DNA of 19,672 nucleotides from a virus (Duplodnaviria; Heunggongvirae; Uroviricota; Caudoviricetes): IMG/VR virus record IMGVR_UViG_2531839666_000030, positions 1 to 19,672 of that record; one strand, 5' to 3'. Shown piece by piece: positions 1 to 8,407 of this stretch (position 1 is its first letter; each line of letters starts with the position of its first letter). The notes under the pieces were generated by a model. It saw only the letters and a program-made list of their open reading frames with translations, ran no database searches and was not told where the DNA came from. The position numbers and the translations under genes were made by a program.

Positions 1-1005
1 ATGGATAGCCATACGCTGGTTCAGGCGCTGATCTACCTCGGATCGGCGGCGCTGATTGTACCCATTGCGGTACGTCTTGGTCTGGGATCGGTACTTGGCT
101 ACCTGATCGCTGGCTGCATTATTGGCCCGTGGGGGCTGCGACTGGTGACCGATGCCGAATCTATTCTGCACTTTGCCGAGATTGGGGTGGTGCTGATGCT
201 GTTTATTATCGGCCTCGAACTCGATCCACAAAGGCTGTGGAAGCTGCGTGCGGCAGTGTTCGGCGGTGGCGCATTGCAGATGGTGATTTGCGGCGGCCTG
301 CTGGGGCTGTTCTGCATGTTACTTGGGCTGCGCTGGCAGGTCGCGGAATTGATCGGCATGACGCTGGCGCTCTCCTCTACGGCGATTGCCATGCAGGCGA
401 TGAATGAACGCAATCTGATGGTGACGCAAATGGGTCGCAGTGCCTTTGCGGTGCTGCTGTTCCAGGATATCGCGGCGATCCCGCTGGTGGCGATGATCCC
501 GCTACTGGCGGCGAGCAGTGCCTCGACGACGATGGGCGCATTTGCTCTCTCGGCGTTAAAAGTGGCGGGGGCGCTGGTGCTGGTGGTATTGCTGGGGCGC
601 TATGTCACGCGTCCGGCGCTGCGTTTTGTAGCCCGCTCTGGCTTGCGGGAAGTGTTTAGTGCCGTGGCGTTATTCCTCGTGTTTGGCTTTGGTTTGCTGC
701 TGGAAGAGGTTGGCTTGTCGATGGCGATGGGCGCGTTTCTGGCGGGTGTACTGCTGGCAAGCTCGGAATACCGTCATGCGCTGGAAAGCGATATCGAACC
801 ATTTAAAGGTTTGCTGTTGGGGCTGTTTTTCATCGGTGTTGGCATGTCGATAGACTTTGGCACGCTGATTGAAAACCCATTGCGCATTGTCATTTTGCTG
901 CTCGGTTTCCTCATCATCAAAATCGCCATGCTGTGGCTGATTGCCCGACCGTTGCAGGTGCCAAATAAACAGCGTCGCTGGTTTGCGGTGTTTGTAACCA
1001 GGTAA
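1..1005 (+). pseudogene. kefC: kefC 5' fragment (glutathione-regulated K+ efflux antiporter), interrupted by prophage insertion; reads about 331 native codons, then 3 phage-derived codons and a stop
   Basis: Translation [48 protein letters not shown]... matches the E. coli KefC N-terminus as I recall it. Native KefC is about 620 aa and continues ...RWFAVLLGQG; here the frame reads ...[13 protein letters not shown], diverging exactly where the phage end begins. Confidence 0.9.
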
Positions 1006-1009
1006 ATCA

Positions 1010-1166
1010 TTTGATACCGACAAGGGTTTTAGTGAAAGGAGGTGAAATCACCTGTAAGATACTGAAATAAAACAGGTGATCGATGATTCTGGAGGTTGTT
1101 TAGTTTTGATACTGATTAAATAAAATCCGGTATAAAATTAAGGTATCGGCAACAAATTTGATACTG
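1010..1166. repeat. cluster of putative transposase-binding repeats at the prophage left end (attL-like)
   Basis: Direct copies of GATAC(C/T)G at 1013-1019, 1057-1063, 1108-1114 and 1160-1166, three of them within TTTGATAC. Inverted copies GGTATC at 1142-1147 and CGGTAT near 1128-1133. An 8-bp inverted repeat TCACCTGT (1048-1055) / ACAGGTGA (1072-1079) flanks the second copy. Mu attL carries three MuA sites in the first ~200 bp. Confidence 0.6.
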
Positions 1167-1297
1167 CACATACTGCTTATGGACGTTTTTAAAAGTACTT
1201 AAAATGTCTTTTATGCTAAAAAGTTTATATCAATATCGATCTGGTCACAAATCAAGTTGAAAGTGCTCGCTAAGTGCATAGCCTGGGCTTCATGGGG

Positions 1298-1816
1298 TTA
1301 CGCTTTGGCTTCTTTATGGGTTAAATTGAAATGATGATCCTTGGTTTCATCTCCCTCGAAAATCTCTCTAACCTTTTGATCTGATAAATTATTAAGGCTC
1401 AATGCTGCCAGGCGTCGAATACCTGTTAAAGCGATCAACTCTTGATTCTCTTGATTGCAGAATTCCAGCAATTTTTCTACCCCTTTCCTTCTCAAGGTGT
1501 AAATAACTAATTCTTGCTCTTCTTGGCTCAAAGTGTCGATGAGTTCGAGCAACTCGCTATTGCCACCGTTCTTTTGAGGGGGCTGGTGTTTTATTTCTGC
1601 ACTACCTGTAATGATGGAAACAACATGTGCAGGTAAGTCGCTTAAACGGTAGGCAAATGCTCTCCCTCTGATACCAGGTGTAGTTACCGAACGTTTTTCC
1701 CATCCTTCATTTTTTGCTCGTTTATGAAGCCCAGCCAGAGATGAAGGAAGACCTCCAACCCCCAACAAGTCACTGGCAAGGATCCATTCTTGGTCAAGGA
1801 TCATATCAAACTCCAT
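1298..1816 (-). CDS. c: Mu c-type prophage repressor (N-terminal winged-helix DNA-binding domain shared with the transposase)
   Basis: Divergent from ner/A. N-terminal segment ...SDLLGVGGLPSSLAGLHKRAKNEGWEKR...GIRGRAFAYRLSDLP is clearly similar to the transposase N-terminus ...SFSDLPSSLAGLHKKAKREAWKTRLKPGVKGKVLECEIGALP. Mu repressor and MuA are known to share this domain. Gene is AT-rich. Confidence 0.85.
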   Translation of the reverse strand: MEFDMILDQEWILASDLLGVGGLPSSLAGLHKRAKNEGWEKRSVTTPGIRGRAFAYRLSDLPAHVVSIITGSAEIKHQPPQKNGGNSELLELIDTLSQEEQELVIYTLRRKGVEKLLEFCNQENQELIALTGIRRLAALSLNNLSDQKVREIFEGDETKDHHFNLTHKEAKA

Positions 1817-2033
1817 TTGATATTAACTTTTGTTTATATCTTTTATGTGGTTTATTTCAAAAATAACTCAATAAAAAACAAATAGATACAGAGCAAATTT
1901 AAAAATTTGAAATTAACCAGTTGATATTTACTAAGTTAATATCTAACATATCAAACATACACTAGTGAGTAACTCAATAGAGTAGCACACATGAGTAATA
2001 AAGTTTGCCATAGAAAGTACACAGGGGGCCATT
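1817..2033. promoter_or_regulatory. divergent early control region (candidate operators, Pc/Pe promoters, probable transposition enhancer)
   Basis: AT-rich 217 bp between c and ner. Inverted repeat ATATCAAA (1803-1810) / TTTGATAT (1816-1823) spans the c start codon. Second pair TTGATAT (1921-1927) / ATATCAAA (1948-1955). In Mu the operators between c and ner double as the enhancer (IAS). Confidence 0.6.
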
Positions 2034-2279
2034 GTGAGTCTTATTGAAGATTGGTCTTCCGCCGATATAAAGGCAGCCTTAGAAAAACGCGATACCAATT
2101 TGTCACGTTTATCAAGGGAAAATAATTTGCAGCCTAGGACTTTGGGTAATGCTTTGCGAGTTCCCTACCCTAAAGGTGAAAAGATAATTGCTAGGGCTAT
2201 AGGTGTAGAGCCACAGGTTATTTGGCCTACTAGATATGAACGACGTGCGCGGAGGAAATATGTGGGTTGCAATGACTGA
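2034..2279 (+). CDS. ner: Ner/Nlp-family DNA-binding protein (early-phase regulator)
   Basis: 81 aa with GTG start. Motifs ...DWSSADIKAALEKR...LSRLSRENNL...TLGNAL...PKGEKIIARAIGVEPQVIWPTRY match the Ner/Nlp family (Mu Ner, E. coli Nlp) as recalled. Position immediately upstream of the transposase. Confidence 0.9.
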   Translation: MSLIEDWSSADIKAALEKRDTNLSRLSRENNLQPRTLGNALRVPYPKGEKIIARAIGVEPQVIWPTRYERRARRKYVGCND

Positions 2280-4344
2280 ATTGATTTCATTCAGTGACCT
2301 ACCTAGTTCTTTGGCAGGTCTGCACAAAAAAGCAAAGAGGGAAGCGTGGAAAACGCGGCTAAAACCAGGGGTAAAAGGGAAAGTTTTAGAGTGTGAAATA
2401 GGAGCTTTGCCTTTAACTGTTCAGCAGGCAGTACGCGAACGCTATGCCCTGCAACTGATGACGCAAAAAGCCGATGAATCACCGGCTCCGGTGGTGACAA
2501 AGGCCAGACGCTCACCTGCCGTGGTTGATGCGGTGGAGGCATATCGCGGATCACCCCAACTGATGGTCGAACGCCTCAATGCCCTGACTGAAAATCAGCG
2601 CCAGGTGGCTGATGCACGAATCGCGATCGTCAGCGAAGTTCTGAAAGTCGCGCAACAACCTGGTTTCAGCTGTGCGAAGGCTATCCGGTTTATCGTTGAC
2701 AACCTGGCACGTTCGCAGCTGGACGAGCGCATTGTGGCAATGGTTGAGACGGCGAACGCCAAAAAGGGAAACAGCCGCGCGTTGAGTGAAATCACGCTGA
2801 AACGCTGGATTGCAGCCTTTAACAAGGCGCAGAACGCCGCCGAACGCCTGCTTTTGCTGGCACCTGGTAAACGCCAGGAAATAAAAGCCGAAGATATTAA
2901 CTGGCTGCCCGAATTTCTGGCGCAGTATCGCCAGTCAAACGGCCGACCAATGACCGAGGCTTACGAGGATTTTGTTACTGAATGGCAGCACCGGCACGCT
3001 GATGAGCCTTATATGCTCGATATCATGCCGTCTTACGACACCATTCGCCGCGCAATGAAGAAACTGCCGGAAGTGGTGAAACAAAAAGGCCGGGTGACCG
3101 GCAGTGAATACCGCCAGCTTGAGGGATTCACGCGCCGCGACTGGTCCAGAATGCCGGTGAATTATGTCTGGATTGGTGACGGTCACGGCATGAAGCTGAA
3201 ATGCGCGCACCCGGTTCACGGGAGGCCATTTGCACCGGAAGTAACCTTTGTTATCGATGGCGGCACGCGCTTTGTGGTGGGCTGGAGCCTTGACCTGGCT
3301 GAAAATGTTTTCGCCGTAGCCGGTGCCATACAGCACGGCATTCGCCATCACGGCAAACCGTTTCTGTATTACTCGGATAACGGTTCCGGGGAAACCGCCG
3401 ACATCCTGGATAAGGAGATTGTGGGGATACTGCCACGACTGGGGATTAATCACCCGACAGGGATTGCCGGTAACCCGCAGGGACGGGGCATTATCGAACG
3501 GCTTAACCGCACATTACCGATGCGCATAGCCCGTAAATACCGCACCTATTTCGGGAAAGGTGCAGATCGCGAGACGTTACGCAAAACCAACCGCGATTTA
3601 CGCTCGGCATTTACCGCCCTGCAACAGGGCAAACGGCTGAACGCCCGGCAACAGTCAGCGATGCGTGATTTACCGTCCTGGGCTGAACTGATTGATGCCA
3701 TTCGTGATGGTGTTGAGTGGTACAACAACCGGCCGCACGATGAATTACCGGTGAAGCCGAACGGCAAGCATTACAGCCCGGCGGAGTTCAGAAAAAAACG
3801 CCTGGCGGAAGAGGACACGGAAATTGAATGGCTGTCCGATGTTGAGCTGCGGGATATGTTCCGGCCGATGGTGGAACGCCCTGTAAGACGCTGTGAAATA
3901 CGCTGGCTGAATAATATTTACTACGCGCCCGAGCTGCGTGACGAGCATGGCCGTAAGGTGCTTATCAGCTATGACATTCATGATGCCGAACGAATTACCG
4001 TACGTCGCCTGGATGGCAGCGTGATTTGCGAGGCGGTATGGGACGGTAATAAACGCGAAGCCTTCCCGGTTAGCGCGGAATACTACAAACAGCAGCAACG
4101 CCTTAAAGGCATGCGTAAACGCGCAGAGGAAAAAATCCGCGATGCCGAGGATGAGGTTGTCAACGTGCTGGAGCACAAGCCGCAGGAGCCATGGCTGGAA
4201 AACATCTACCGCCCGGTGGGTAATACGGTGACCGTTCAGCGACCAGCCGTTGATGATGAACCTGATGAAGAATACGAGCGTAATTTCCAGCGGGGATTGC
4301 AGTTGCTGGAAGCGAAATTAAAAGAAAATGACCCGCTGGCCTGA
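2260..4344 (+). CDS. A: MuA-like DDE transposase
   Basis: About 694 aa from the ATG at 2260, which follows GGAGGA; an in-frame ATG at 2236 is the alternative start. N-terminal domain shared with repressor. Candidate D,D(35)E residues in VWIGDGHG, LYYSDNGSG and GRGIIERLN. Follows ner and precedes the B ATPase as in Mu. Confidence 0.95.
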   Translation: MWVAMTELISFSDLPSSLAGLHKKAKREAWKTRLKPGVKGKVLECEIGALPLTVQQAVRERYALQLMTQKADESPAPVVTKARRSPAVVDAVEAYRGSPQLMVERLNALTENQRQVADARIAIVSEVLKVAQQPGFSCAKAIRFIVDNLARSQLDERIVAMVETANAKKGNSRALSEITLKRWIAAFNKAQNAAERLLLLAPGKRQEIKAEDINWLPEFLAQYRQSNGRPMTEAYEDFVTEWQHRHADEPYMLDIMPSYDTIRRAMKKLPEVVKQKGRVTGSEYRQLEGFTRRDWSRMPVNYVWIGDGHGMKLKCAHPVHGRPFAPEVTFVIDGGTRFVVGWSLDLAENVFAVAGAIQHGIRHHGKPFLYYSDNGSGETADILDKEIVGILPRLGINHPTGIAGNPQGRGIIERLNRTLPMRIARKYRTYFGKGADRETLRKTNRDLRSAFTALQQGKRLNARQQSAMRDLPSWAELIDAIRDGVEWYNNRPHDELPVKPNGKHYSPAEFRKKRLAEEDTEIEWLSDVELRDMFRPMVERPVRRCEIRWLNNIYYAPELRDEHGRKVLISYDIHDAERITVRRLDGSVICEAVWDGNKREAFPVSAEYYKQQQRLKGMRKRAEEKIRDAEDEVVNVLEHKPQEPWLENIYRPVGNTVTVQRPAVDDEPDEEYERNFQRGLQLLEAKLKENDPLA

Positions 4345-4414
4345 AATAAAAAATAACCCGAGCGGCGACTCAGGTTATTTGATTAAACAAGGTATCAAAT
4401 GAGAGGTTAATAAT

Positions 4415-5347
4415 ATGACTGATATTAACGATGTAATCAAGACCATTGATGAACTTATTGATGGCGGCGTACTGACGCAGTATGCCATCGCCAGAGAGGC
4501 GGGAATTTCCGACGGCACATTATCGGCTTTCCGTAAGGGAAAATATAAAGGCGATAACGCTGCTGTGGCTGCTTCCCTGCGTTCCTGGTATGAGAACTGG
4601 AATAAACAAAGCGCACTGCCGGAACCGCCGCAGTTTGTGGAAACGCAGACAGTCCAGGAGCTGCGCGCACTGTTTCAGGCGGTCCGCCTGATGGGCTGTA
4701 TTAACGTCATTGTGGGCGTGCCGGGTGTGGGTAAAACGGCCACCGCCCGTAATTACTGCCAGGAGCAACCAAACACCTGGATGATCACCCTGTCTCCCGC
4801 GCATTCCAGCGTCACGGAGTGTCTGCTGGAGCTGGCAGAGGAACTGGGGATTGATAACACCCGCGCAAGTAAAGGGGCACTATCCCGCGCCATCCGCCGT
4901 CGCCTGATGGGAACACGTGGACTGGTGATTGTGGATGAGGCGGATCATCTTGGTATTGACGGCCTGGAACAACTGCGTGCAATCCAGGATGCCACGGGGA
5001 TCGGGATGGTGCTTATCGGTAACCCGCGAGGATTGTTTAAAGGTGGACGCCGCGCCTTTGATGATTTATCGCGCCTGTTCAGCCGTCTTGCCCGTACAAA
5101 ACAACTTCGCAAGGCCAAAAAGGCGGATGTGCTGGCCATTGCCAGGGCATGGGGTATCAGTGGTGAGGCCGAGCTGGCCGTCATGCAGGCTATCGCTGAA
5201 AAGCCGGGAGCGTTACGCGTTCTGACACATACGCTTAACCAGGCGTGGCTCACCGCCAGCGGTGAAGGTGCGGCGCTGACAGAAAAACATATTAATGCGG
5301 CCTTTAAAGAGGTTTATACCAACCCTGAATTACTCTCACAGGTGTGA
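4415..5347 (+). CDS. B: MuB-like AAA+ ATPase, transposition target-DNA activator
   Basis: 310 aa. Walker A GVPGVGKT and Walker B LVIVDEADHL. Blocks GTLSAFRKGKYKGDN, PEPPQFVETQTVQ, WMITLSP, KKADVLAIA and EKPGALRVL closely parallel Mu B as recalled. Confidence 0.93.
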   Translation: MTDINDVIKTIDELIDGGVLTQYAIAREAGISDGTLSAFRKGKYKGDNAAVAASLRSWYENWNKQSALPEPPQFVETQTVQELRALFQAVRLMGCINVIVGVPGVGKTATARNYCQEQPNTWMITLSPAHSSVTECLLELAEELGIDNTRASKGALSRAIRRRLMGTRGLVIVDEADHLGIDGLEQLRAIQDATGIGMVLIGNPRGLFKGGRRAFDDLSRLFSRLARTKQLRKAKKADVLAIARAWGISGEAELAVMQAIAEKPGALRVLTHTLNQAWLTASGEGAALTEKHINAAFKEVYTNPELLSQV

Positions 5348-5349
5348 TT

Positions 5350-5571
5350 ATGGCGGTATTTTATATTCCTGATATTTACGGACGCTTTTACCTGGTTAAT
5401 TTCGATAACGTGAAGGTGATTTCACTGGCCGAAAATAAAGAATGTGGCGATTTACTTTTTGAATTTAATGACCGCACACGAATGGTGATATCTGCCGGAC
5501 TTGATCGCGAAGGTGCGACAGAAGTTTACAGCGGAATATGCCGTTCTGTTGGTGCGAAACAAGTCAGCTAA
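5350..5571 (+). CDS. hypothetical small protein (73 aa), position-equivalent to Mu kil
   Basis: ORF directly after B with AGGTG 7 nt upstream of ATG 5350. Only positional and size similarity to Mu Kil (74 aa); no sequence motif recognised. Confidence 0.45.
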   Translation: MAVFYIPDIYGRFYLVNFDNVKVISLAENKECGDLLFEFNDRTRMVISAGLDREGATEVYSGICRSVGAKQVS

Positions 5572-5583
5572 ATGAGGTGTTAT

Positions 5584-5838
5584 ATGAATATGCAATCCTG
5601 CGGTAACAAAATGAATTTATTCGACTCCCTGAACAGCGCGCGCCGTCTGACCGAACTTGCCGGTGCGGTACTGGAACGCAGTAAGCGCTACCCACAACGT
5701 TTTGCACTGAAAACCACGCCGCCGGTAGGCAACGTGCAGGGAACCGGTGAAATTGAAATCACCATACAGACCAACGGCCTGCGCCGCCGTGTGAAGGCCA
5801 CCCGCATCAGCGGCTGCACGGTTTACTGGGAGGTGTGA
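5584..5838 (+). CDS. hypothetical protein (84 aa)
   Basis: ORF in the early operon frame series; TGAGGTG Shine-Dalgarno-like upstream of ATG 5584 (the ORF track starts it at 5572). No recognised domain. Confidence 0.45.
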   Translation: MNMQSCGNKMNLFDSLNSARRLTELAGAVLERSKRYPQRFALKTTPPVGNVQGTGEIEITIQTNGLRRRVKATRISGCTVYWEV

Positions 5839-5839
5839 G

Positions 5840-6121
5840 GTGAAAAAAAATCTCATTGCATGGGCGTGGTCGAGTGGTCTTATTGAGTTCGGTTACGTCC
5901 TGCCGGAAGGTGCATTGCCGATAGTTGCCGGAAAGCCTGCCACGGTACGGCATGTGATTGAGGTTATGGCGCGTCATGGACGTGATGAACAGGAGCAGTT
6001 ACTGGTTCCGGGGATACCGGAAGCGGTGACGGAGGAAGAAGCCTTTAATGCCATGATTCGGTTCTGCCGTGAGGTCAGACGCCGGGTCAGTTATCCAAAC
6101 AGAACGAGGACCAGAGGATGA
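5840..6121 (+). CDS. hypothetical protein (93 aa)
   Basis: GTG start preceded by GGAGG (5829-5833). No recognised domain. Confidence 0.45.
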   Translation: MKKNLIAWAWSSGLIEFGYVLPEGALPIVAGKPATVRHVIEVMARHGRDEQEQLLVPGIPEAVTEEEAFNAMIRFCREVRRRVSYPNRTRTRG

Positions 6122-6390
6122 GTAAAGTCGTACGCATTATTTTCGAATACAAGGAAGACGTTATCTGTAAAAACTCTGATGGCAGTGCGCACATGGGGGT
6201 AAGTCTGGATATACGGTCAACCGGAATAAAGAAGAAAGATAATGGACCCGCCACGATTTTGGGAGTGGTTATGCTCGCGGAAAGCAGAAACTTCGCAGAG
6301 CTTGTGGCAATGAAAGCCAGTGCATTCATGAAAGACAGGGGCATGGCTTCCGGGGTTATTAACGGTAATGAATTTAATCAGCAGGGGTAA
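6118..6390 (+). CDS. hypothetical protein, first of two tandem paralogs (MSKVVRIIFEY...)
   Basis: 90 aa, start overlaps the previous stop (ATGA). N-terminus MSKVVRIIFEY resembles the next ORF, MSKVRVIFEF. Confidence 0.5.
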   Translation: MSKVVRIIFEYKEDVICKNSDGSAHMGVSLDIRSTGIKKKDNGPATILGVVMLAESRNFAELVAMKASAFMKDRGMASGVINGNEFNQQG

Positions 6391-6394
6391 TTCC

Positions 6395-6688
6395 ATGAGC
6401 AAAGTACGCGTTATTTTTGAATTTAACCACGTAATGCATGAAGTAAAGCCAGCCGGTAATGATAGTCAGGAAATCACGGAGGGGGTTACTGCCACTGTAA
6501 AAGTCGAACGTGATACGGAGAACAGACCGACAGGCCCATGTGATGTTTATGCGCAAATTCTTAAATATCACAGCCCCACAATTATTCAGTTTCTGACAGA
6601 TGAACTACAGGGTTCCATGCAGGCCATGGGGGTAAGCAGCTCCGTTGAACGCCGTTCTGTTCAGAACGGACCAGATACATTGCAATAA
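6395..6688 (+). CDS. hypothetical protein, second tandem paralog (MSKVRVIFEF...)
   Basis: 97 aa from ATG 6395 (the ORF track begins at 6368, but the internal ATG gives the paralogous N-terminus). C-terminal segment MGVSSSV echoes GMASGVI in paralog 1. Confidence 0.5.
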   Translation: MSKVRVIFEFNHVMHEVKPAGNDSQEITEGVTATVKVERDTENRPTGPCDVYAQILKYHSPTIIQFLTDELQGSMQAMGVSSSVERRSVQNGPDTLQ

Positions 6689-6699
6689 GGAAAAACAAA

Positions 6700-7230
6700 A
6701 TGGCAAAACGCGTTACAAAATTAAAGGCCGCAGCAGAGGCGGCACCGCAGACCCGTGAAGAGGTCAGCCGCGATATCCGCACCCTGGGCGATATTCAGCG
6801 AGAGGCGCTGCGCCTGGAAACGGCAATGAATGATGAAGTGGCAGAAATCACCGCCCGTTATACGCCGCAGATTGAAAACCTTAAAAAAGAAATCAAAGTG
6901 CTTTTTAAGGGGATTCAGGACTGGTGCAAAACCAACCGCGATGAGCTGACGAACGGCGGCAAAACCAAAACAGCCAATCTGACCACCGGAACAGTGTCAT
7001 GGCGGCTGGGAAATCCATCATGCAGCGTCAGCCGTGATGTGGAAGGTGTGATTGAAATGCTGCGCCGTATGGGGCTTGAGCGATTCATCCGCACGAAAGA
7101 GGAAGTGAACAAGGAAGCGGTCCTGGCGGAGCCGGATGCGGTGAAAGGGGTTGCTGGTATTAAGGTGAATAAAGGTGCTGAAAGTTTTCATGTCGAGCCT
7201 TTTGAACAGGACGCCGGACTGAATAAATAA
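6700..7230 (+). CDS. gam: Gam, Ku-like host-nuclease inhibitor / DNA-end binding protein
   Basis: 176 aa. Blocks GDIQREALRLETAMNDEVAEIT, WCKTNRDELTNGGKTKTANLTTGTVSWR, LERFIRTKEEVNKEAVLAEPDAVKGVAGI and PFEQDAG match Mu Gam as recalled. Confidence 0.92.
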   Translation: MAKRVTKLKAAAEAAPQTREEVSRDIRTLGDIQREALRLETAMNDEVAEITARYTPQIENLKKEIKVLFKGIQDWCKTNRDELTNGGKTKTANLTTGTVSWRLGNPSCSVSRDVEGVIEMLRRMGLERFIRTKEEVNKEAVLAEPDAVKGVAGIKVNKGAESFHVEPFEQDAGLNK

Positions 7231-7327
7231 CACCGCATTAAATCTTTAAATATCACTTCGTTTTAATTATGGCGCTCGCGTCAGGGGACTGCCTGCGCCT
7301 GTAAACTGAAAATAAGGAACAGGAAAT

Positions 7328-7870
7328 ATGGCATATTTTTATTTCAAATTAGACCGTGTACAGACAAATAAATATTTCACCAAATATCAACAGACTGTTT
7401 TACCGCTACGCAACAGTATTCTTCGGGCATTACTGAAAAATACAGGCGCTGCCGGATTGCGCTTAAAGCCGTTCGCCATGGACGTAATCAGTGAGTTTTA
7501 TTTTTCTGGTTCTCTGCCTGCGGGCTGGCGTAAGCGCGATGATGTGGCTTTTATCGGGGGCGGACCGTGCTTTATTGCCAGACCTGATGAGTCATGCCCT
7601 GAAGGTCCGGCGATTGCCGCAATGGTTGAAGCCGCTGAACGCGAGTTAAGAAAGCGTCCTGATTTCCTTGTCTGGCTCTGTGAAAAGCTGGGGGTAATGA
7701 GAATCCCCTCCATGTTTAACACGGACTCCTGGTGGACCCCGTCACTCTCCCGTGATGCCCTGTGCGTGGTGTTTAAAGTAGGCGCTTATGGCAGGGAAAT
7801 AAACGGGTGTATTCCTGAAGAATGCCAGGAAATTAAACATTCTGAATATGTGGCGCTGACGGAGGAATAA
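7328..7870 (+). CDS. hypothetical protein (180 aa), first gene of a tightly coupled four-gene accessory cluster
   Basis: ORF preceded by a 97-bp intergenic gap after gam and AAGGAACAGGAA upstream of the ATG. No recognised domain. Confidence 0.5.
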   Translation: MAYFYFKLDRVQTNKYFTKYQQTVLPLRNSILRALLKNTGAAGLRLKPFAMDVISEFYFSGSLPAGWRKRDDVAFIGGGPCFIARPDESCPEGPAIAAMVEAAERELRKRPDFLVWLCEKLGVMRIPSMFNTDSWWTPSLSRDALCVVFKVGAYGREINGCIPEECQEIKHSEYVALTEE

Positions 7871-7873
7871 TTC

Positions 7874-8407
7874 ATGATTGATGCAAAAGTGCTTGAAGGG
7901 GTTAAAAACTGGCTGCGTATTTACGGACGTCTGACCTGCGGTGTTCTGGCTGAAAAAATGAATATGCCGCCATCCTCCATGGTTTATTTTCTGCGTGATG
8001 CGGTTGATGCCGGGGTGCTGACGGAATGTAACGGTTTTTATGATATTCCGCGTCCCCGCCCGGTGCAGCCGGTTCGTCGCAAATGCAGCCAGGAATGTGC
8101 GGCTGATGATGTTCAGTGGTGCAGCTTCAGAAAGTCCCTGCCGTGGATTGAGGGGCATGATATTCCGTCGATGGCGTGGGAATTTGCTCAGGGCGTACTG
8201 ACCTGCGAAACCGTTTATGTGGTGGCTGAAGTTGATGAGCAGGCCATGAAAGAAGGCGTGCCCCAGTTTGTGATGGCGTATATCGACATACGCCTGGGTG
8301 TCATCATCTGCGGTTTAAGCGGCTGGAATATCACCGCGCGTGTTCTGCGTTACCTGATTGTTGACCGGACGGCCGCGCCTGCCGGGATATCTGCGGAGGT
8401 GGCGTAA
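7874..8407 (+). CDS. hypothetical protein (177 aa), possible winged-helix N-terminus
   Basis: Starts 3 nt after the previous stop. N-terminal GRLTCGVLAEKMNMPPSSMVYFLRDAVDAGVL resembles an HTH / winged-helix segment (inference only). Confidence 0.45.
   Translation: MIDAKVLEGVKNWLRIYGRLTCGVLAEKMNMPPSSMVYFLRDAVDAGVLTECNGFYDIPRPRPVQPVRRKCSQECAADDVQWCSFRKSLPWIEGHDIPSMAWEFAQGVLTCETVYVVAEVDEQAMKEGVPQFVMAYIDIRLGVIICGLSGWNITARVLRYLIVDRTAAPAGISAEVA

Noticed and set aside
99-413. Short ORFs on both strands inside kefC
   Set aside because: Embedded in the kefC reading frame, which matches a known membrane protein over its full length.
2112-2327. 71-aa reverse ORF overlapping ner and the transposase start
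   Set aside because: Antisense to two strongly supported genes; no start context.
5350-5571. Confident annotation as Kil
   Set aside because: Only position and length agree with Mu kil; I cannot recall or see sequence-level similarity, so it is reported as hypothetical.
7231-7327. Possible terminator or promoter after gam
   Set aside because: Only an imperfect GC hairpin (GCGTCAGG...CCTGCGC) with no following T-run and no clear -35/-10 hexamers; too weak to call.
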